Shown here: one piece after another, positions 48,453 to 60,364 of the stretch
How the letters are laid out: every line of letters begins with the position of its first letter
Position numbering within the stretch: position 1 is the stretch's first letter
From: Alphaproteobacteria bacterium
GTDB taxonomy: Bacteria; Pseudomonadota; Alphaproteobacteria; UBA2966
Reading direction: 5' to 3'
DNA: 64,000 nt
Assembly (NCBI GenBank): GCA_964291395.2
Contig: OZ219856.1
Location: 1,344,001-1,408,000 of the forward strand
Position numbers and translations under genes: made by a program
Notes under the pieces: model-generated
Databases searched by the model: none
The model's input: only the letters and a program-made list of their open reading frames with translations
What the model was told of the DNA's origin: nothing

Positions 48453-49772
48453 TCAGGATCGCTGATCGGGGGGGACGTAATCCCGCTCCGTCGGTCCCGT
48501 GTACAGTTGACGTGGTCGGCCGATTCTTTGATCGGGATCCTCGATCATCTCTTGCCACTGGGCAATCCACCCTACCGTCCGCGCCAGTGCAAACAATACC
48601 GTGAACATCGACACCGGAATGCCCATGGCCCGAAAAATGATGCCCGAGTAGAAATCGACATTCGGGAACAGTTTCCTTTCCACGAAGTACTCGTCTTCGA
48701 GCGCGATGCGTTCGAGTTCGATAGCAAGTTCCAGCAAGGGTTCGTTCCTGACGCCAAGCTCCCCGAGGACGGCGTAGGCGCTCTCCCGAAGAACCGAGGC
48801 GCGCGGATCGTAATTCTTGTATACCCGGTGGCCGAAACCCATAAGGCGGAATGGATCGTCGCGGTCTTTGGCCCGATCGATGAACTCCGGAATCTTCTCG
48901 ACCGAGCCGATTTCATCAAGCATCTCGAGAACGGCTTCGTTGGCGCCACCGTGGGCTGGTCCCCATAGACAGGCGATGCCGGCGGCGACACAGGCGAACG
49001 GGTTGGCGCCGGAGGATCCCGCTAGGCGTACGGTCGACGTCGAGGCATTTTGCTCGTGGTCGGCATGCAGTATGAAAATCCGGTCTATTGCCTTGGCCAG
49101 AACCGGACTCACGTGATAGTCCTCGGTCGGCACGCTGAACATCATGTGGAGAAAGTTTTCTGGATAGGTCAACGCGTTTCGGGGGTACATGAACGGCTGG
49201 CCGATTGAATACTTGTACGCCATGGCCGCGATCGTGGGCATCTTGGCGATCAAACGGTAGGACGCAACCATGCGGTGTTGCGGGTCGTTGATGTCGAGAC
49301 TGTCGTGGTAAAACGCGCTCAGGGCGCCGACGACCCCCACCATGATCGCCATCGGATGGGCGTCCCGCCGGAATCCGCTGAACAGCCTGATCAGTTGATC
49401 GTGAATCATGCTGTGGTGCTTGAGATCGCTCTCGAAATCGGAGAGCTCTGTGGCGTTGGGCAGTTCCCCATTCAACAGGAGGAACGCGACTTCGGTGAAC
49501 GTGCTGTTCTCTGCGAGCTGTTGAATGGGGTACCCGCGGTGAAGCAGGACTCCTTTCTCGCCGTCGATGTAGGTGAGTTCCGATGAGCAGCTAGCCGTTG
49601 CGACGAATCCGGGATCGTAGGTAAAGCAACCGAGGTCGGAGTAGAGCCTGCGGATGTCAATGACATCCGGTCCGATCGTGCCTTTGATGCGCGGGAGGTC
49701 AAGCGAGGCCGTATCGCCGGAAGTCAGCAGGAAATCGTCGTCATTCGTCGGGCTCTCAGATTTCTGAGCCAT
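48453..49772 (-). CDS. gltA: Citrate synthase (type II)
   Basis: [50 protein letters not shown]. Confidence 0.99.
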   Translation of the reverse strand: MAQKSESPTNDDDFLLTSGDTASLDLPRIKGTIGPDVIDIRRLYSDLGCFTYDPGFVATASCSSELTYIDGEKGVLLHRGYPIQQLAENSTFTEVAFLLLNGELPNATELSDFESDLKHHSMIHDQLIRLFSGFRRDAHPMAIMVGVVGALSAFYHDSLDINDPQHRMVASYRLIAKMPTIAAMAYKYSIGQPFMYPRNALTYPENFLHMMFSVPTEDYHVSPVLAKAIDRIFILHADHEQNASTSTVRLAGSSGANPFACVAAGIACLWGPAHGGANEAVLEMLDEIGSVEKIPEFIDRAKDRDDPFRLMGFGHRVYKNYDPRASVLRESAYAVLGELGVRNEPLLELAIELERIALEDEYFVERKLFPNVDFYSGIIFRAMGIPVSMFTVLFALARTVGWIAQWQEMIEDPDQRIGRPRQLYTGPTERDYVPPDQRS

Positions 49773-49833
49773 ACGGTGTCCTTCCTGAGATGGAGTTCGT
49801 TCGGCAAACCACTCGGCGGGTTTGGTCGCCTGG

Positions 49834-49862
49834 ATTATACGATGAGATCGGGGAGCGTGAAA
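49834..49862 (-). promoter_or_regulatory. Putative sigma70 promoter of gltA
   Basis: Minus strand TTTCAC-N17-TATAAT. Confidence 0.45.
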
Positions 49863-49876
49863 CCTGGATGCCGTGC

Positions 49877-51280
49877 CTACGCTTTTACCGCATCGCTCAT
49901 GCGCCCCAAGCTTTCCTCTCTGCCCAGTATGGTCAAAACTTCGAATATTCCGGGAGATATGGTTCTTCCCGTTAAACCGGCTCTCAAGGGTTGGGCCACC
50001 GAGCCAAGTTTGATCTCGTTCTCGGCGACGTAACCTCGAATCGCGGTCTCGACCGTGGATTGGTTCCAGTCCTTGAGCGTCTCCAGAACCTCGGCGAGGT
50101 CGCGCAGCAGCGACTTGGCATCAAGGGTCAACAATTCCGCTGCCTTTTCATCCATTTCAATGGGTCTATCATGGATAATAAATAGGGAATTTTCAATTAG
50201 TTCCGATATCAACTTAGATCTAGGCTTCAATTCTGGCATCGCTGCCTTCAGACGTTCCAGATCCCGATCCTTCAGGTCACGGCCACGGCGTTCCGCCAGA
50301 CGTTCACGAATCATTTCGACTAGGCGATCATCCTGAGCCCGCTGGATGTAGTGCGCATTCACGCTTTGCAGCCTGTCGACGTCGAACCGGGCCGCACCGC
50401 GGCCGAGGTGATTCAGGTCGAACCACTCAACCGCTTGTTCTGTCGTGAAGAGCTCGTCGTCTCCGTGACTCCAGCCCAGACGGACCAGATAGTTCCGCAA
50501 CGCTTCCGGCAGGTATCCATCTTTCCGATACGCCTCGACGCCCACGGCGCCGTGGCGTTTGGACAACTTTGCGCCGTCGGCCCCGTGGATCAGTGGGACA
50601 TGAGCAAACTCGGGAACCGTCCAGCCCAGCGCCTGGAACAGAATCGTTTGCCTCGCCGCGTTGTTCAGATGGTCGTCACCACGAATGACGTGCGTCACCC
50701 CCATGTCGTGATCATCCGCGACCACGGACAACATGTAAGTAGGTGTTCCATCGCTCCTCAACAGAACCATGTCGTCGAGCTGTTGGTTGGCGAAGGTGAC
50801 TGTGCCCTGGACATGGTCCTTGATGACGGTCTCGCCTGAGAGGGGCGACTTTATCCGGACGGTAGGGGATACGTGCGTTGGTGCCTCGGAGGGATCACGG
50901 TCGCGCCAGCGGCCGTCATAGAGAACCGGACTTCCCCGCTCTCTTGCGGCGTCTCGCATTTCCGCCAGCTCTTCGGGCGTACAGTAGCAGTGGTAAGCCT
51001 TGCCCTCCCTAAGAAGTCGCTGCGCGACCTCCGCGTGACGTTCCATGCGCTCCGATTGGCGCACGATTTCGTCATCCCAGTCGAGGTTAAGCCACGTGAG
51101 GCCGTCGACAATCGCCGAAACCGCCTCCTCCGTAGAGCGTTTGCGGTCGGTGTCCTCCAGCCTGAGGAGAAACTTGCCACCGTGGTGTCGAGCGTACAGC
51201 CAATTGAACAGAGCCGTTCTGGCGCTCCCAACGTGCAGGAGTCCTGTCGGTGATGGCGCAAATCGTGTGACGACGGTCAT
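49877..51280 (-). CDS. gltX: Glutamate--tRNA ligase
   Basis: [13 protein letters not shown] (HIGH), CYC, VIRGDDH, KLSKRHG (KMSKS). Confidence 0.98.
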   Translation of the reverse strand: MTVVTRFAPSPTGLLHVGSARTALFNWLYARHHGGKFLLRLEDTDRKRSTEEAVSAIVDGLTWLNLDWDDEIVRQSERMERHAEVAQRLLREGKAYHCYCTPEELAEMRDAARERGSPVLYDGRWRDRDPSEAPTHVSPTVRIKSPLSGETVIKDHVQGTVTFANQQLDDMVLLRSDGTPTYMLSVVADDHDMGVTHVIRGDDHLNNAARQTILFQALGWTVPEFAHVPLIHGADGAKLSKRHGAVGVEAYRKDGYLPEALRNYLVRLGWSHGDDELFTTEQAVEWFDLNHLGRGAARFDVDRLQSVNAHYIQRAQDDRLVEMIRERLAERRGRDLKDRDLERLKAAMPELKPRSKLISELIENSLFIIHDRPIEMDEKAAELLTLDAKSLLRDLAEVLETLKDWNQSTVETAIRGYVAENEIKLGSVAQPLRAGLTGRTISPGIFEVLTILGREESLGRMSDAVKA

Positions 51281-51392
51281 CGGACGGTGCTGGTCACGGT
51301 ACCTGCCGCTGGAAGGTAATGATGTCTAACACATCCGTGAAGGCGGTTCGACGCGAGGAGAATACATCTGAACCTTCCATACTCCACGGGCG

Positions 51393-53522
51393 ATGCCGAG
51401 CAGACGATCCGATTTTGTTCGAGTCTGGCTCTTGCGGCTGACCTCCGCGATGGGCCGGGCGTGGGGTGCCCGGCGGTTGCAGGATACCCTTCTTGCGGAG
51501 CGTGAGCGTTGGCCCCTCTGGATCCCCGTCTTCCTGGGTATCGGCATTGCAGGATACTTCTCGCAGGCGAGCGAGCCGCCCGGTTGGCTGGGCCCCGCAG
51601 GCGTCCTGTCTGCATTGGGTTTTGCTTGGGTCTTCCGGAACGAGCCGCGCGGCTTTCTGACTTCGATCGGCATCGCACTCGCTGCCGCCGGTTTTGGGCT
51701 TGCACAAATCCGCACCCATTGGGTCAGTGCTCCCATCCTTGCGGAGCCGGTGCGCTCGGCACAGATCAGCGGTCGCGTCAAGTCGATCGAGACGCACGCT
51801 CGCGGGGTTCGGATCGTCCTGGATGAAGTGGCGATCGAAGGGCGGCGTGAGCGTACCACTCCGAAGCGGATACGCATCACTCTCTATAGGTCCGGCGACT
51901 TTCGGCCCGGTGACCATGTGTCGATGCGCGCTACGCTCAACCCTCCGCCGAGACCCGCTCTCCCCAGGGCGTTCGATTTTGGTCGACAAGCCTTTTTCCA
52001 AGGATTTGGAGCCGTTGGATTTTCCACTTCCCGGGTTCAGGTCCTGTCGAGAACATACCCAACATTTCCTCACAACATCAGACAGCAGATATCGGCCCTT
52101 CGACTGGAGTGGGCGCGGGCCGTACTCGGGGAGACTCCAGAGGCGCGTCGCGGCGTCGCAGTCGCCTTGTTAACGGGAGATCGCGGTTCGATTCCCGAAA
52201 GGAATCTCGTCGAAATGCGGGATTCGGGGCTCGCCCACCTGCTGGCCATTTCGGGATTGCACGTAGGGTTGTTCGCCGGGCTGCTGTTCACGATCACGCG
52301 TGGCGCACTCGCATTGGCTGTACCGGTGGCGCTTCGGTTTCCGATCAAGAAATGGGCCGCAATGATCAGTCTTGCTGGTGCGTTCGCCTATCTCCTGATG
52401 ACGGGGGGCACGATCCCGACCCAGCGCGCGTTCCTGATGATCACGATCGGTCTACTGGCTGTCGTGTTCGAGCGGGTCGCGCTTTCGATGTTCGTCGTTG
52501 GCTGGGCCGCCATCGGTATCCTCGTTGTCACTCCGGAAAGCCTGCTCTCTGCAGGATTCCAAATGTCGTTCGCCGCGGTGATCGCGTTGATCTCCGCCTA
52601 TGAGACCTTGGCGCAACGCATCCAGATCTTCCGCTCCCGCGGACGTGTCTGGCGACAGGTATGCCTCTATATGTGCGGGGTGGTGTTGACCACCTTGATC
52701 GCGGGACTTGCGACGGCACCATTTGCGGCATTTCATTTCAACCGAGTCGCGACCTTTGGCCTCGCGGCCAATTTCTTGGCGGTTCCCGTCATGGCGATGT
52801 GGATCATGCCGTGGGCCGTCGTCACTTATCTCCTTTTTCCGCTTGGATGGCAGGATTTGTCCCTGACCCCCATGCTCTGGGGTATCGGAACGGTTCTGGA
52901 TATCGCCCACGCGGTGGCGTCCTGGCCAGGGGCCGCCCAGCTCATTCCAGTCTTGCCCTCGGTGTTCCTCACACTGATAACTCTGAGCGGTCTCTGGTTG
53001 TGCATCTGGACGACAAAATTACGGCTGTTCGGGGTCCTTGGTTTGGGGGCGGCCTTGCTTACCGGTGTGTTCGTTGACGTTCCTGATGTCCTCGTGGATG
53101 AGAGAGGGCGTATGCTCGCGGTGCGACTGGACGACAACCGAGTCACGGTTTCGTCAAAGAGGTCCAGCTTCGTCCGTCAGTCATGGCTTCGAGCCCTCGC
53201 GGTGTCGAAAACGGCATCCTGGCCAGAGATAGACGGTGACGCGGCCTCGGTGAACCGCTGCGATCCGCTGGGTTGTCTGTTCAGGTTGAAAGGCCGAGTT
53301 GTCGCGTTTTCGACCGATCCTCGAGCGCATCCGGAGGACTGCAAGAACGCTGACGTGTTGGTGAGTTCGAGGCCGGTGCGGGTTTCCTGTCAGGTGCCGC
53401 AAGTCGTCATCGATCGCTTCGATCTGTGGCGCCATGGTGCGCACGCCGTTTACCTGGATGGCGATGCGGTGCGGGTCGACACCGTCAGCCGGCACCGGGG
53501 CCGTCGTCCGTGGTCTCCTTGA
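51393..53522 (+). CDS. comEC: ComEC/Rec2 competence membrane protein
   Basis: ERERWPLWIPV, FDFGRQAFF, SGLAHLLAISGLHVG, PTQRAF, GFQMSFAAV; true start may be ATG 51449. Confidence 0.93.
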   Translation: MPSRRSDFVRVWLLRLTSAMGRAWGARRLQDTLLAERERWPLWIPVFLGIGIAGYFSQASEPPGWLGPAGVLSALGFAWVFRNEPRGFLTSIGIALAAAGFGLAQIRTHWVSAPILAEPVRSAQISGRVKSIETHARGVRIVLDEVAIEGRRERTTPKRIRITLYRSGDFRPGDHVSMRATLNPPPRPALPRAFDFGRQAFFQGFGAVGFSTSRVQVLSRTYPTFPHNIRQQISALRLEWARAVLGETPEARRGVAVALLTGDRGSIPERNLVEMRDSGLAHLLAISGLHVGLFAGLLFTITRGALALAVPVALRFPIKKWAAMISLAGAFAYLLMTGGTIPTQRAFLMITIGLLAVVFERVALSMFVVGWAAIGILVVTPESLLSAGFQMSFAAVIALISAYETLAQRIQIFRSRGRVWRQVCLYMCGVVLTTLIAGLATAPFAAFHFNRVATFGLAANFLAVPVMAMWIMPWAVVTYLLFPLGWQDLSLTPMLWGIGTVLDIAHAVASWPGAAQLIPVLPSVFLTLITLSGLWLCIWTTKLRLFGVLGLGAALLTGVFVDVPDVLVDERGRMLAVRLDDNRVTVSSKRSSFVRQSWLRALAVSKTASWPEIDGDAASVNRCDPLGCLFRLKGRVVAFSTDPRAHPEDCKNADVLVSSRPVRVSCQVPQVVIDRFDLWRHGAHAVYLDGDAVRVDTVSRHRGRRPWSP

Positions 53523-53554
53523 TGGGAACGTCGCAAAGGAATGATCGCGGTTGT

Positions 53555-53581
53555 GGCGGTTCGAGTTGAGCTTGAACCGTC
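53555..53581. repeat. REP-like palindrome, copy A2
   Basis: GGCGGTTCGAG-TTGAG-CTTGAACCGTC between convergent comEC and lexA. Confidence 0.7.
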
Positions 53582-53647
53582 ATGGAGACCGCACCGCGGC
53601 CCACCCGCCGTAAGCGATAAGGAATGCCGGAGCTAAACTGGACCCCT

Positions 53648-54349
53648 CTAATACTGCCTGAGGAGACTGACCAGACGGCCCTGGACCTTGACTCGGTTGG
53701 GCCCGAAAATCCGTGTCTCGTAGGTCTCGTTCGCGGCCTCCAGGGCAACCGAATTCCCTTTGCGACGCAAGCGCTTGAGCGTAACTTCTTCGTTATCGAT
53801 CAAGGCCACCACGATAGCGCCATTCTCCGCGACGTCGCCGCGCTCGATGATGATGGTATCGCCGTCGAAGATGCCGGCATCGACCATCGAGTCCCCGGCT
53901 ACTTCCAACGCGTAGTACTCACCGCGTCCCAACAACGACGCAGGCACGTCCACTGAATTTGATTGATCCCGCAACGCCTCGATCGGCGTGCCGGCGGCAA
54001 TCCTGCCGTAGAGGGGCAAACTGAGGCTTTCCGAGCCCCGTGCAGCGGTGGAATCCGCGGTTTTCGCAGCGAAATTACCCCGGATGACGCTCGGGGAGAA
54101 GCCCGGTTCCGGCGCTATCGTGCGCGCGACGGCTTCTTCCGGCAGTTTGAGTACCTCAAGTGCCCGCGCGCGATGTGGCAGCCTGCGGATGAAACCCCGT
54201 TCCTCAAGGGCGGTAATCAAGCGATGGATGCCCGACTTCGATTTGAGGGTCAAGGCATCCTTCATTTCGTCAAACGATGGAGAAACACCGTTTTCCGCGA
54301 GGTAATCATTGATGTATTGGAGGAGTTCGTGCTGCTTTCGTGTCAACAT
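53648..54349 (-). CDS. lexA: SOS repressor LexA
   Basis: [26 protein letters not shown] (alpha-type HTH), IAAG cleavage site, GDSM (Ser), TLK (Lys). Confidence 0.99.
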   Translation of the reverse strand: MLTRKQHELLQYINDYLAENGVSPSFDEMKDALTLKSKSGIHRLITALEERGFIRRLPHRARALEVLKLPEEAVARTIAPEPGFSPSVIRGNFAAKTADSTAARGSESLSLPLYGRIAAGTPIEALRDQSNSVDVPASLLGRGEYYALEVAGDSMVDAGIFDGDTIIIERGDVAENGAIVVALIDNEEVTLKRLRRKGNSVALEAANETYETRIFGPNRVKVQGRLVSLLRQY

Positions 54350-54389
54350 TGATCAGATCCCGACTCCGGCTCCAGGGGCACAAGATATG

Positions 54390-54429
54390 GAACAAAAGAA
54401 AAACATTCACGCATGTTCTAGTTTAGTTC
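54390..54429. promoter_or_regulatory. Two LexA boxes upstream of lexA
   Basis: GAAC-AAAAGAA-AAAC at 54390-54404 (1 mismatch) and perfect GTTC-TAGTTTA-GTTC at 54415-54429. Confidence 0.85.
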
Positions 54430-54526
54430 TCAACGGAATTCAAGTGCCGTGTGAGGGAACGCAGGAGGCCGCACCCGGCCCGCCGGTCCGTTGTCGTGAG
54501 GGACAACGAACGCTGGAGCGGTAGAG

Positions 54527-55756
54527 TCAAACTGGAGCCGCTAGGTGCTCCGGCCCCGGCGAGTTCAGGGGAATGATGTCCACCTGCGTTCCCTTCGCCG
54601 CAGCGGGTGCGTGAGGGGCGCGGACGATCAGACAGTCGGCGTGTGCCAAGCGAGACAACATGCTCGAATCCTGAATCTCGAAGGGCGTGGCGACCAACTC
54701 CCCGGACTCGTCTCGCGCGAGGGTGGCTCGCAGGTAATCTTCCCGGTGGTCGTTCCCGGCAACGTCGCAGCCTAGTTCAGCCTTGCCGTAGCGCACCGAT
54801 GTCTCGCCCAGCCCGAGCATCTTTGCGATCGCCGGACGCAGAAAGATCAGGCTGCACACGAGGGCGGACACGGGATTTCCCGGTAGGCCGAGCATCGCCG
54901 TGTCATCCAGGTGCCCGAACATGAGCGGCTTGCCGGGCCTCATGGCAATACGCCAGAAATCCACCTCAAGCCCCACGTCGCCGAGAACGCGCCGCACGAG
55001 GTCATGATCGCCGACGGATGCGCCTCCGATGGTGACGAGCATATCCACGCCCTTCGCCCCGGTAGCGAGAGTCCTGAGCGAGTCCTCTGTGTCGAGAGCA
55101 ATGCCGAGGTCGACCGCTTCGGCGCCGGACGCCTCGACGAAGGCGCAGAGGCCGACGTTGTTGGAACTCACGATCTGATTAGGTCCCAGGGGGTCGCCGG
55201 GCATGACGAGTTCGTCGCCCGTCGCCAGGACGGCGATGCGCGGCTTGCGGTGCACGCGCAGCCACGGACAGTTCATCGATGCGGCCAGCGCAACGTCCCT
55301 GGCGTCCAGGACCTTTCCGGACCTCAGGCCGACTTCGCCTTCGCTGAAGTCCAGGCCGGCGGGCCGGATATACTTCCCTTTCGGGGCACCTTCCTTGACG
55401 ATGATCTTTTCGTCGTTCGCCACGGCATCTTCCTGAATGACGATCGCATTGGCACCGCTGGGCACCGGGCCGCCGGTAAAGATCCTGACTGTCTCGCCTG
55501 GACCAACGACGCCGTTGTACGCGCCGCCCGCCGGTGCCTCCCCAATCTGTCGTAGCGTGGCTGGCGTTTGGGCGACGTCCTCCGCGCGTACAGCATAGCC
55601 ATCCATCGCCGAGACGGCGACCGGCGGTTGGGTGACGCGCGCGCGTACCTCCTCGGCCAGAACCCTCCCTAGCGCGCCCGCCAGTCCCACGGTCTCGACG
55701 CCCGTCGGCAAGAGCGGCTCGAGAATCTTCTGCCGTGCCTCGACGACGGAAATCAT
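54527..55756 (-). CDS. moeA: Molybdopterin molybdotransferase
   Basis: SAMDGYAV, RIFTGGPVP, ATGDEL, GGASVG, MRPGKP, GLPGNPVS. Confidence 0.97.
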   Translation of the reverse strand: MISVVEARQKILEPLLPTGVETVGLAGALGRVLAEEVRARVTQPPVAVSAMDGYAVRAEDVAQTPATLRQIGEAPAGGAYNGVVGPGETVRIFTGGPVPSGANAIVIQEDAVANDEKIIVKEGAPKGKYIRPAGLDFSEGEVGLRSGKVLDARDVALAASMNCPWLRVHRKPRIAVLATGDELVMPGDPLGPNQIVSSNNVGLCAFVEASGAEAVDLGIALDTEDSLRTLATGAKGVDMLVTIGGASVGDHDLVRRVLGDVGLEVDFWRIAMRPGKPLMFGHLDDTAMLGLPGNPVSALVCSLIFLRPAIAKMLGLGETSVRYGKAELGCDVAGNDHREDYLRATLARDESGELVATPFEIQDSSMLSRLAHADCLIVRAPHAPAAAKGTQVDIIPLNSPGPEHLAAPV

Positions 55757-55762
55757 GTCAGT

Positions 55763-56239
55763 TCAGTCCGTCCTGAAAGTGCCGGATTTTCCGCCGCTCT
55801 TGAACGTCAGACGTGCCGATTCGATTGTCATGGCACGGTCTACCGACTTGCACATGTCGTAAACCGTAAGTGCAGCCACCGACACCGCCGTCAACGCCTC
55901 CATTTCGACGCCGGTTCGGGCGGTGGTTCGGCAAGTCGAGATGATCGTCACGGCGCTGTGCTCGAGATCGCAGCTCAACTCGATGTCGATGGCGGCGAGC
56001 GGTAGTGGATGACAGAGCGGAATCAGGTCCGATGTTCGTTTGGCCGCCATGATCCCGGCGATTCGCGCGACACCCAATACGTCGCCCTTTCCCGCCCGTC
56101 CGTCCAAGATCATGGAAAGGGTATCGGGCTTCATGCTCACCCGTGCTTCCGCCGTTGCGACACGCTCGGTCTCTTGCTTCGAGGTCACGTCGACCATCCG
56201 TGCGTTTCCTTGATCGTCGAAATGCGTCAGTTCGGCCAT
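55763..56239 (-). CDS. moaC: Cyclic pyranopterin monophosphate synthase
   Basis: [38 protein letters not shown]. Confidence 0.98.
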   Translation of the reverse strand: MAELTHFDDQGNARMVDVTSKQETERVATAEARVSMKPDTLSMILDGRAGKGDVLGVARIAGIMAAKRTSDLIPLCHPLPLAAIDIELSCDLEHSAVTIISTCRTTARTGVEMEALTAVSVAALTVYDMCKSVDRAMTIESARLTFKSGGKSGTFRTD

Positions 56240-56251
56240 TGTCTTGGGTGC

Positions 56252-57067
56252 TCAGGCGGTGACCGCATCGGAGTCGAACGGCGTCAGCAACTCCGACGTG
56301 GCTCGGGCGACATCGTCCGCCCGCATCAATGACTCCCCTATAAGGAAGCAGTTCACGCCGGCCGCGCTCATACGGTTAAGATCCTGCGGAGTGGACAAGC
56401 CGCTCTCGCTGATAATGATCGTGTCCTCAGGCACGTGCGAGACGAGGTTCTCGGTCGTGGCCAGGTCGACGTCGAATGTCCTGAGATTTCTGTTGTTGAT
56501 CCCGACCAGTTCGGGATTCAGGATCTTCGTACGTTCCAATTCTTCCTCGTCGTGAACCTCGAACAGTATGTCCATTTCCAGCCCACGCGCCGTCGTGGCG
56601 AGCGTATCGGCCTGTTCGTTATCCAACACCGCCATGATCAACAACACGCAATCGGCGCCGAGCGCCCTGGATTCCACGATCTGATACGGTTCGATCATGA
56701 AATCCTTGCGCAGGACGGGAAGGCTGCCGGCGTCGCGCGCCTGCCCGAGAAAGTCGTCCGCACCCAGAAAATAAGGCCGATCCGTGAGGACGGAAAGACA
56801 GGTCGCTCCCCCGTCGGCATAGGCGCGTGCCAACGCCCGGGGGTCGAAATTCTCCCGGATCAGGCCTTTCGACGGCGAGGCCTTCTTTATCTCGGCGATC
56901 AGGCCGTAGTTGCCGTCCCGCATCGCTTCCCTGAGTGCTTCGGCGAATCCACGCACTCGAGGCGCCGCCTCTGCGGCCGTCAGAACCTGACTGTCCGGGA
57001 CCAAATCGCGCTGGCGCTCAACGTGAACGCGCTTGTCCGCGATGATCTTCTCGAGAACGTCACTCAT
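56252..57067 (-). CDS. trpC: Indole-3-glycerol phosphate synthase
   Basis: [41 protein letters not shown]. Confidence 0.98.
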   Translation of the reverse strand: MSDVLEKIIADKRVHVERQRDLVPDSQVLTAAEAAPRVRGFAEALREAMRDGNYGLIAEIKKASPSKGLIRENFDPRALARAYADGGATCLSVLTDRPYFLGADDFLGQARDAGSLPVLRKDFMIEPYQIVESRALGADCVLLIMAVLDNEQADTLATTARGLEMDILFEVHDEEELERTKILNPELVGINNRNLRTFDVDLATTENLVSHVPEDTIIISESGLSTPQDLNRMSAAGVNCFLIGESLMRADDVARATSELLTPFDSDAVTA

Positions 57068-58103
57068 CCGTCGCGGCCGACTCGTTCGTAATGGCGATCA
57101 GGCCGTCCAGCGCCGTCCGTGCCTTGCCGTTGTCGATGGAGTCCGCGGCCATGGCCGCGCCATCCTTGAGGTTGTTCACTTCTCCCGACGTGATGAGCGC
57201 GGCCGAGGCATTCAGCAGCACGATGTCGCGGAAGGCACTCTCGTGGCCGTCGAGGAGGGCATTGATCGCGAGCGCGTTGGTATCCGCATCACCGCCCTTC
57301 AGCGACTCGCCATCTGAGCGCGGCAATCCGGCGTCCTCCGGTGTGATGTCGAACGTCCTGATGTCGTCGTCCTTCAATTCGGCGACGAAGGTGGAGCTTG
57401 TGGTCGTGATTTCATCCAGCCCGTCGCTGCCGTGAACTACCCAGACGTGCTGGGAACCCAGATTCTTTAACACCTGCGCGAGTGGTTCCACCCATTCCCT
57501 GGAAAAGACTCCGACGAGGTGTTTTTTAACGCCTGCGGGATTCGAGAGGGGGCCCAGCATGTTAAAGATCGTGCGGGTACCCATTTCGACGCGGGTACCG
57601 CCCACGTGGCGCATCGCACCGTGGTGGCGCTGGGCGAACATGAAGCACAGACCAGCCTCCCACAGGGCCTTCTTCGTCAACGAGAAATCGCACTCGATAT
57701 TGACGCCGAGCGACGACAGTACATCCGCAGCGCCCGACTTTGAGGACGCCGCGCGGTTTCCGTGCTTGGCCACGGGAATGCCGCAGCCCGCAACCACGAT
57801 GGCCGCGGCGGTCGACACGTTGTACGTTCCGGACCGGTCGCCTCCGGTGCCGACCACGTCGATCGCCGCTGCCGGAGATTCGATCCGAGACATCTTCTCG
57901 CGCATGGTCATGACACCGCCGGTCAATTCATCGACGGTTTCCCCACGCAGGCGCAGCGCCATAAGGAGCGCGCCCATTTGCGACGGCGTGGCATCGCCGG
58001 ACATCATGATGTCGAACGCGCGGTGAGTCTGATCTACGCTCAGACGCTCGCCCTCCGCCACGAGAGCTATGATTTGCTTCATGGTGAGTTGGGCGTCGCT
58101 CAT
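57060..58103 (-). CDS. trpD: Anthranilate phosphoribosyltransferase
   Basis: [41 protein letters not shown]. Confidence 0.98.
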   Translation of the reverse strand: MSDAQLTMKQIIALVAEGERLSVDQTHRAFDIMMSGDATPSQMGALLMALRLRGETVDELTGGVMTMREKMSRIESPAAAIDVVGTGGDRSGTYNVSTAAAIVVAGCGIPVAKHGNRAASSKSGAADVLSSLGVNIECDFSLTKKALWEAGLCFMFAQRHHGAMRHVGGTRVEMGTRTIFNMLGPLSNPAGVKKHLVGVFSREWVEPLAQVLKNLGSQHVWVVHGSDGLDEITTTSSTFVAELKDDDIRTFDITPEDAGLPRSDGESLKGGDADTNALAINALLDGHESAFRDIVLLNASAALITSGEVNNLKDGAAMAADSIDNGKARTALDGLIAITNESAATDE

Positions 58104-58729
58104 GAATGCATCTCCAGGGGGGCGGCACGTTTCGGGGGTTCGACGGGTTGGGTCTCATCCATTCCGGTCAGCCTGAGGAAATTCGCCAGCAGGGCGTGAC
58201 CATGCTCCGACGCGATGCTCTCGGGGTGAAACTGAACGCCGTGGACTGGTAAATCCTTGTGAGAGACGCCCATCACCACCCCGTCGTCGGTTTCCGCCGT
58301 CACGCGCAAGCAGGCGGGCACGGAGGCGCCATCGATTACCAGGGAGTGATAGCGCGTGGCCTGGAACTCCGAAGGCAGGCCCGCGAACACGCCGGTACCA
58401 TCGTTCCGTATGACGCTGAGCTTTCCGTGCATGACCTTGGAAGCGCGAACGATGTGTCCGCCGAACGCTTGACCAACGGACTGGTGGCCCAGACACACCC
58501 CGAGAACGGGAACCGAGCCTGCGGCTTTCTCGACGAGCTCGAGACAGATTCCCGCTCGGTCGGGATCGCAGGGCCCCGGAGAGAGGACGATTCCCGTCGG
58601 CCCAAGGGCGAGGACGTCGCGCGGCGTCACCGCGTCGTTGCGGAAGACGCGCGAGTCCGCGCCCAACTCACCCAAGAAATGGACGAGGTTGTAAGTAAAG
58701 CTGTCGTAGTTGTCGATTATGACGAGCAT
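58100..58729 (-). CDS. trpG: Anthranilate synthase component II (glutamine amidotransferase)
   Basis: [35 protein letters not shown]; start at ATG 58729. Confidence 0.95.
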   Translation of the reverse strand: MLVIIDNYDSFTYNLVHFLGELGADSRVFRNDAVTPRDVLALGPTGIVLSPGPCDPDRAGICLELVEKAAGSVPVLGVCLGHQSVGQAFGGHIVRASKVMHGKLSVIRNDGTGVFAGLPSEFQATRYHSLVIDGASVPACLRVTAETDDGVVMGVSHKDLPVHGVQFHPESIASEHGHALLANFLRLTGMDETQPVEPPKRAAPLEMHS

Positions 58730-58817
58730 TTCGATTGACTGCAGGAAAACGCCATTCCACCGTATTCTACATGCACATCCGTTTTGCCGGTCGAGAGCCC
58801 GGATACACGGCCCAACG

Positions 58818-60362
58818 TTAACTTCTGCCGATGATTGCCCTTGGTTCATTGCTTACTGCGGGTTCCGATGCGAAACGCACGGCCTCCTCCGCAGCACGGA
58901 TCAGGGCCTTGGCCTTGTTGCGGCTTTCCTCGAATTCGGCGTTCGGATCGCTGTCGGCCACGATGCCGCCGCCGGCCTGAACATACATCGTCCCGTCCAT
59001 CACCACGGCGGTCCTGAGCGCAATGCAGGTATCCATGCTGCCGTTCGCGGAGAAGTAACCGATCGCTCCCGCGTACACGCCACGTTTTTCGGGCTCTAGC
59101 TCGTCGATGATCTCCATGGCGCGAACCTTTGGGGCGCCGCTTACGGTGCCTGCCGGAAATGCGCCGCACAGAGCGTCCATGGCATCGAACCGGTCATCGA
59201 TCGCACCTTCGACGTTGGAGACGATATGCATCACGTGGGAGTAGTTCTCGATGACCATCTGTTCGGTTACGTTGACAGTGCCGATCTTCGCCACGCGTCC
59301 CACGTCGTTTCGCCCGAGGTCCAGCAGCATCAGGTGCTCCGCGAGTTCCTTGGGGTCCGACAACAGGTCCTTGGCGAGCGCCGCGTCTTCCTTGCGGTCG
59401 GCACCTCGGGGGCGCGTCCCGGCGATAGGCCGAACCGTTACGACACCGTCTCGCAACCTCACCAGGATTTCCGGACTTGAGCCGACGATCGAGAACTCGT
59501 CCAGTTGAAGGAAATACATGAACGGGGAGGGGTTGGTGCGGCGCAATGCCCGATAAAGTGCGAACGGTGGAAGCGTGAAGGGCAGGCTGAAGCGCTGGGA
59601 CAAAACGGTCTGGAAGATGTCACCCGCGGCAATGTATGCCTTGGCTTTCTCGACCATCTCGCAATAGGCCTCGCGGCTCATGTTCGAAGAAGGCTCCGGC
59701 AGTCCGAGATCCGGCCTGCGCGGACCGTGGGCGTGGTGGAGACTTTTCTCCAAACCCGAGGTCGCCTCGAACAGCGTGTCGATGGCGGACCGATAAGCTT
59801 GTTGGGCATCGACACCCAGGGTTGGGCGAACCGGTGTGACGAACGTGATGATGTCCTTGACGGAATCGAAAATCGCCATGATCGTCGGGCGGACGAAGAT
59901 GCCGTCGGGAATCCCGATAGCGTCGGGATTCGGTTCCGGTAACCGCTCCATCAAGCGAACCGTATCGTAGGCCATGTAGCCGACGAGGCCGGCAGCCATC
60001 GGCGGGAGTTCCTCCGGTAGGACTATACGCGTCTCGTCGATCAGCTGCCGCAGGGCATTGAGCGGGCTCTCTTCGCACGTCTCGAACGACTCTCGGTCGA
60101 CCAGGGCGTGCCGGTTGATCTCCGCCCGATTGCCATGACATCGCCAGATAAGATCGGGGTTCATGCCAATGATTGAATACCTACCCCTCACGGCACCGCC
60201 CTCCACGGACTCGAGCAGAAAACTGTTCGGGGAGCCGTCGGCGAGCTTCAACATAGCGGATACGGGAGTTTCGAGATCGGCGACCAGATTGGTCCACACG
60301 ACCTGGCTCTCTCCCGCGTCGTAGATAGCGCGAAATTCGTCGCTGGTCGGAGAGATCGTCAT
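58818..60362 (-). CDS. trpE: Anthranilate synthase component I
   Basis: LLESVEGG, NPSPFMY, PIAGTRPRG, KELAEHLML, PAGTVSGAPK, QAGGGIVADS. Confidence 0.98.
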   Translation of the reverse strand: MTISPTSDEFRAIYDAGESQVVWTNLVADLETPVSAMLKLADGSPNSFLLESVEGGAVRGRYSIIGMNPDLIWRCHGNRAEINRHALVDRESFETCEESPLNALRQLIDETRIVLPEELPPMAAGLVGYMAYDTVRLMERLPEPNPDAIGIPDGIFVRPTIMAIFDSVKDIITFVTPVRPTLGVDAQQAYRSAIDTLFEATSGLEKSLHHAHGPRRPDLGLPEPSSNMSREAYCEMVEKAKAYIAAGDIFQTVLSQRFSLPFTLPPFALYRALRRTNPSPFMYFLQLDEFSIVGSSPEILVRLRDGVVTVRPIAGTRPRGADRKEDAALAKDLLSDPKELAEHLMLLDLGRNDVGRVAKIGTVNVTEQMVIENYSHVMHIVSNVEGAIDDRFDAMDALCGAFPAGTVSGAPKVRAMEIIDELEPEKRGVYAGAIGYFSANGSMDTCIALRTAVVMDGTMYVQAGGGIVADSDPNAEFEESRNKAKALIRAAEEAVRFASEPAVSNEPRAIIGRS

Positions 60363-60364
60363 AT

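Noticed and set aside
51359-51373. SOS-like motif before comEC (GAAT-N6-GAAC)
   Set aside because: Wrong spacing and a mismatch
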